The position numbers and the translations under genes are program-made. A DNA stretch of 55,727 bases, the filler included, from Bipalium vagum (lineage: Eukaryota), in the NCBI GenBank assembly GCA_037834085.1. It is 3 parts of 3 records of this genome, joined end to end, with 100 filler letters (N's around TTAATTAATTAA, not from the genome) between each part and the next. Parts side by side here need not be neighbours in the genome. Positions count along the whole stretch, not along the records: positions 36,945 to 55,727 come from JBBMKC010019796.1; 2 more parts are not named here. One strand, written 5' to 3'. The notes beneath the pieces were generated by a model, which saw only the letters and a list, made by a program, of their open reading frames with translations, was not told the DNA's origin and searched no databases. Numbering within the stretch: the stretch's first letter is position 1; each line of letters begins with the position of its first letter. Positions 53,077 to 55,727 of this stretch are shown here, one piece after another.

Positions 53077-53249
53077 ACTTTATTCTGTACTAATATTTTA
53101 TTATTTATTTATATTTTTTCAAATATTTCGCGTCTGATTTAATAGAATATTTATTGCCGATTTATGGCCATTAATTTTCTTGTTGACTCATTTTATAATT
53201 GTATTCATGAGAGAAAATTGAATAGAAATTTTGTTTGTTTTATCGATTT

Positions 53250-55000
53250 ATTTTAAGATCCTTTTATTCTCCTTTCCCAGAAATTCTATTATTTCAGAAC
53301 TCCTCACTCTACTGGTTCATAAGTTCTTTTTCCAGGCTATCCCTGTTGACTTATGATTTTCATTTTGGTTCTATCAAAAATATCTCTATTGAACAAAATA
53401 ATCCATATTTATAAATGAAGCTTGTTCCATGTGCCCCATCCTGTTGACATGAACTGCTGAATTAGGTTTGTTGTGTCCAGTTTTCGATTTTCGCTACGTT
53501 TATTTCGCTGGTAAAGTTTGAACTGTTAGACATGTCTGGTTCTGATTATTGGGATCCTGGTAACAAAAGGATAAGTAAAAATAGATTTCTAGGATACCTA
53601 CTTTATTGATTTTATTTTAAACTTGGCAATATTATCAGTTTATTTTTCTAAGTTTTTCATTAGCGTTTAAATATTTTTTTAATATTTCTCACTCGGATAT
53701 TAACTCCAACTCTGGTCTGTTTAATTTCTATTAGATTTGTGGATTTTTTATCGTTTTAGAATGAAAAATTGAAAATAATGAATAGGTAGGATTTTCCGAC
53801 TCTTTTATTGCAGAATAATAAATCATTAATGTTGATATTGGGTCTTTTTCTAGATTTTGTTTTCCACCTTTATTTTTCAGCCATTTTTAAACTTATTTTT
53901 GGTTTAGTGCCTGGAAAATATTTTTGAAGGAAACACTTAATATTGCTTCATATTATACCACTTGTGACAAGCTTATGTTTACATTTTCCTGGTTTTTTTG
54001 GTTAACATTACTCTCAAGTTAGCTGGTAATTTTTTATTTATTCCAGATATTTATGTACTTTAGTAGATTAATCTGGTCGTTTAGCCTCTATGATTACCCC
54101 ATAATAATATGTACTCTGAAACTTCTTTTTCCATGAAATCTTTGCCTTAATAATTCCATTAAAAGATTATCATAACGATTTGCATTCGGATTTATATTGT
54201 TATCTCTTATGAAAAATTATTACTTGTTCACCGATCAATCTTTGAAAAAGTCATTGTCACTGTGTCGAGGATCAATGATTTTGATGAGGCATATTGGCTT
54301 CGTACGATGTAAAGTTTTCTTAATAGGTTTGTTAAAAAATTAATAAGATGAACGATGCCTACGTTTTTTTGTTACATGTATCGAGGTGTTTGGTAAAATG
54401 TCAACGTTTCCTAATTTTATGCTTCATTTCATTCTGAAAAGAATTGTTTTGCATGAAGGAAACTTGTCATTTATATATTGTGAATATGAAGTGTTAAAAA
54501 TCGATGATAATTGAACAATTGCCTAGCAAGCTCGTACTGTAGTCTTCAATATTTTTTGTTTTGTTCCTAATCTTTCTAAAACCATATTGTGAATTCATAT
54601 CCTTAAACTTTTTAATAAAACACACATAAGATAATAGCGTTTAATCGCCAGATGTTCGATAATAGAATTCGCTCTTTTAGTAGGAAACTCAAAATAACAA
54701 TGAATGGTAATAAATCTTAGAACACAAGTTCCGTAAAATCGATTTATCTCAATAACAGTATGAAAATATTAAATTGAACACAAAAGAAACAAAACTAATA
54801 AATAAATAACATTCATTGTATTCTCTGCTTTAATGTGGACTTATCGAATACTCTGTTCGGTTCTTTAGGAACTTTTCTAACACGTAACGGACAATAAAAT
54901 ATCTTTATCAATAACGTTTTAACTTCTAAGCTGATTCGAAAGGCTTCCTTTAGATCGAATTTCCTAGAAACCTATGGAATCCGTAGTACTATTACAAATG
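53250..55000 (-). mobile_element. Decayed Gypsy-like LTR retrotransposon (LTR end, PBS, gag relic)
   Basis: Minus strand ...TCGAACA-TC-TGGCGATT (LTR end then PBS-like) near 54642-54660; NRMGHMEQA zinc-knuckle-like remnant near 53420-53450. Confidence 0.35.
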
Positions 55001-55727
55001 AAAAAATATTCAGTTCAGATGTCTTTTACCAGAACCCATGTATGATAATGACTATATTTATTGTAATGGTGTAAGATCTTTCAAGAACGTTTATTTGTTT
55101 GCAAAAATTGTCTAAACATGAACCTTTATCTAATAAGCTAACAATCATTTTGTGCTGTTTAATCACAGAGATTAAAAATTAATCATGCTTTTAATCAGAT
55201 AGGTATTAGAATGTGCTAGCGAGCACGCATAAATGTAGTGTCTCGATTTAGACATTGTATAACTATAAATGGTCGTCAAGTCCTATAAGTAATGCGATTC
55301 TGAGATTTAGACTTATAATGGTTGTAATGTTGATTTTCGTTCAGAGAATTTTAAGGATATTTTTTGAAGATTTTCCCATTTAAGCGTCAGTTAAGGACAG
55401 TTAATTATTATACCAATTTTGATTTAATCATTGATAGATATTGATATAATTTAACATTTGATCGATTGATTAATGTTTTATTGTGTCAACTACAAACTAT
55501 TTGACTGCTATAAGGAGTGATTCGAAGAATTAGTTTGTTTGAATTTTTTTAAATAAGGACCTCATGACATGATTAACAATTATTAAATGTTTTTAAAAAT
55601 TATAATGTTACGTTTTTTAAATTTTTAAATAAATGTTGGTGAATTTTAATAAAGTAAATAATTTAATTTTAATAAAAGGTGAGGTCCAAGTTTGAAAGGT
55701 TTGTTTGGTTAATCGGATTTAATGAAA

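Noticed and set aside
1-55727. CRISPR arrays, prokaryotic operons, rRNA/tRNA genes, non-standard genetic code
   Set aside because: No regular repeat-spacer units or RNA-gene signatures seen; the reconstructed exons translate cleanly with the standard code

Overview
This is very AT-rich eukaryotic (invertebrate animal-type) genomic DNA with GT-AG introns, (TAT)n microsatellites and dense transposon debris. It is split into three pieces by two artificial 100-nt spacers (N44-TTAATTAATTAA-N44, at 17100-17199 and 36845-36944). Two real multi-exon genes can be reconstructed on the + strand with phase-consistent splice sites. (1) The 3' part of a junctophilin: five exons, 18035-33125, covering the end of the alpha-helical region, a long divergent region and the C-terminal ER membrane anchor. 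Its MORN exons are absent from the window. (2) A complete TRIM-NHL gene of the Mei-P26/NHL-2 class: seven coding exons, 37652-51268, about 853 aa, with a Cys-to-Asp variant RING and an about 1.8 kb 3'UTR. The first 17 kb holds two diverged copies of a small, probably secreted PAN/apple-like gene or pseudogene. It also holds a decayed Polinton/adintovirus-type protein-primed PolB, a second PolB fragment, a DD39D (Stowaway-type) transposase relic, solo-LTR-like repeats and an unidentified decayed ORF. Introns and intergenic DNA contain several mariner/Tc1 relics, a Penelope GIY-YIG remnant, a hAT end, a pogo-type mini-MITE and Gypsy-like relics. I found no clearly novel functional system. The best leads are the duplicated PAN-like unit, the Polinton relics, the atypical RING and the unidentified ORF. 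Family calls come from motif recognition only; no database search was run.
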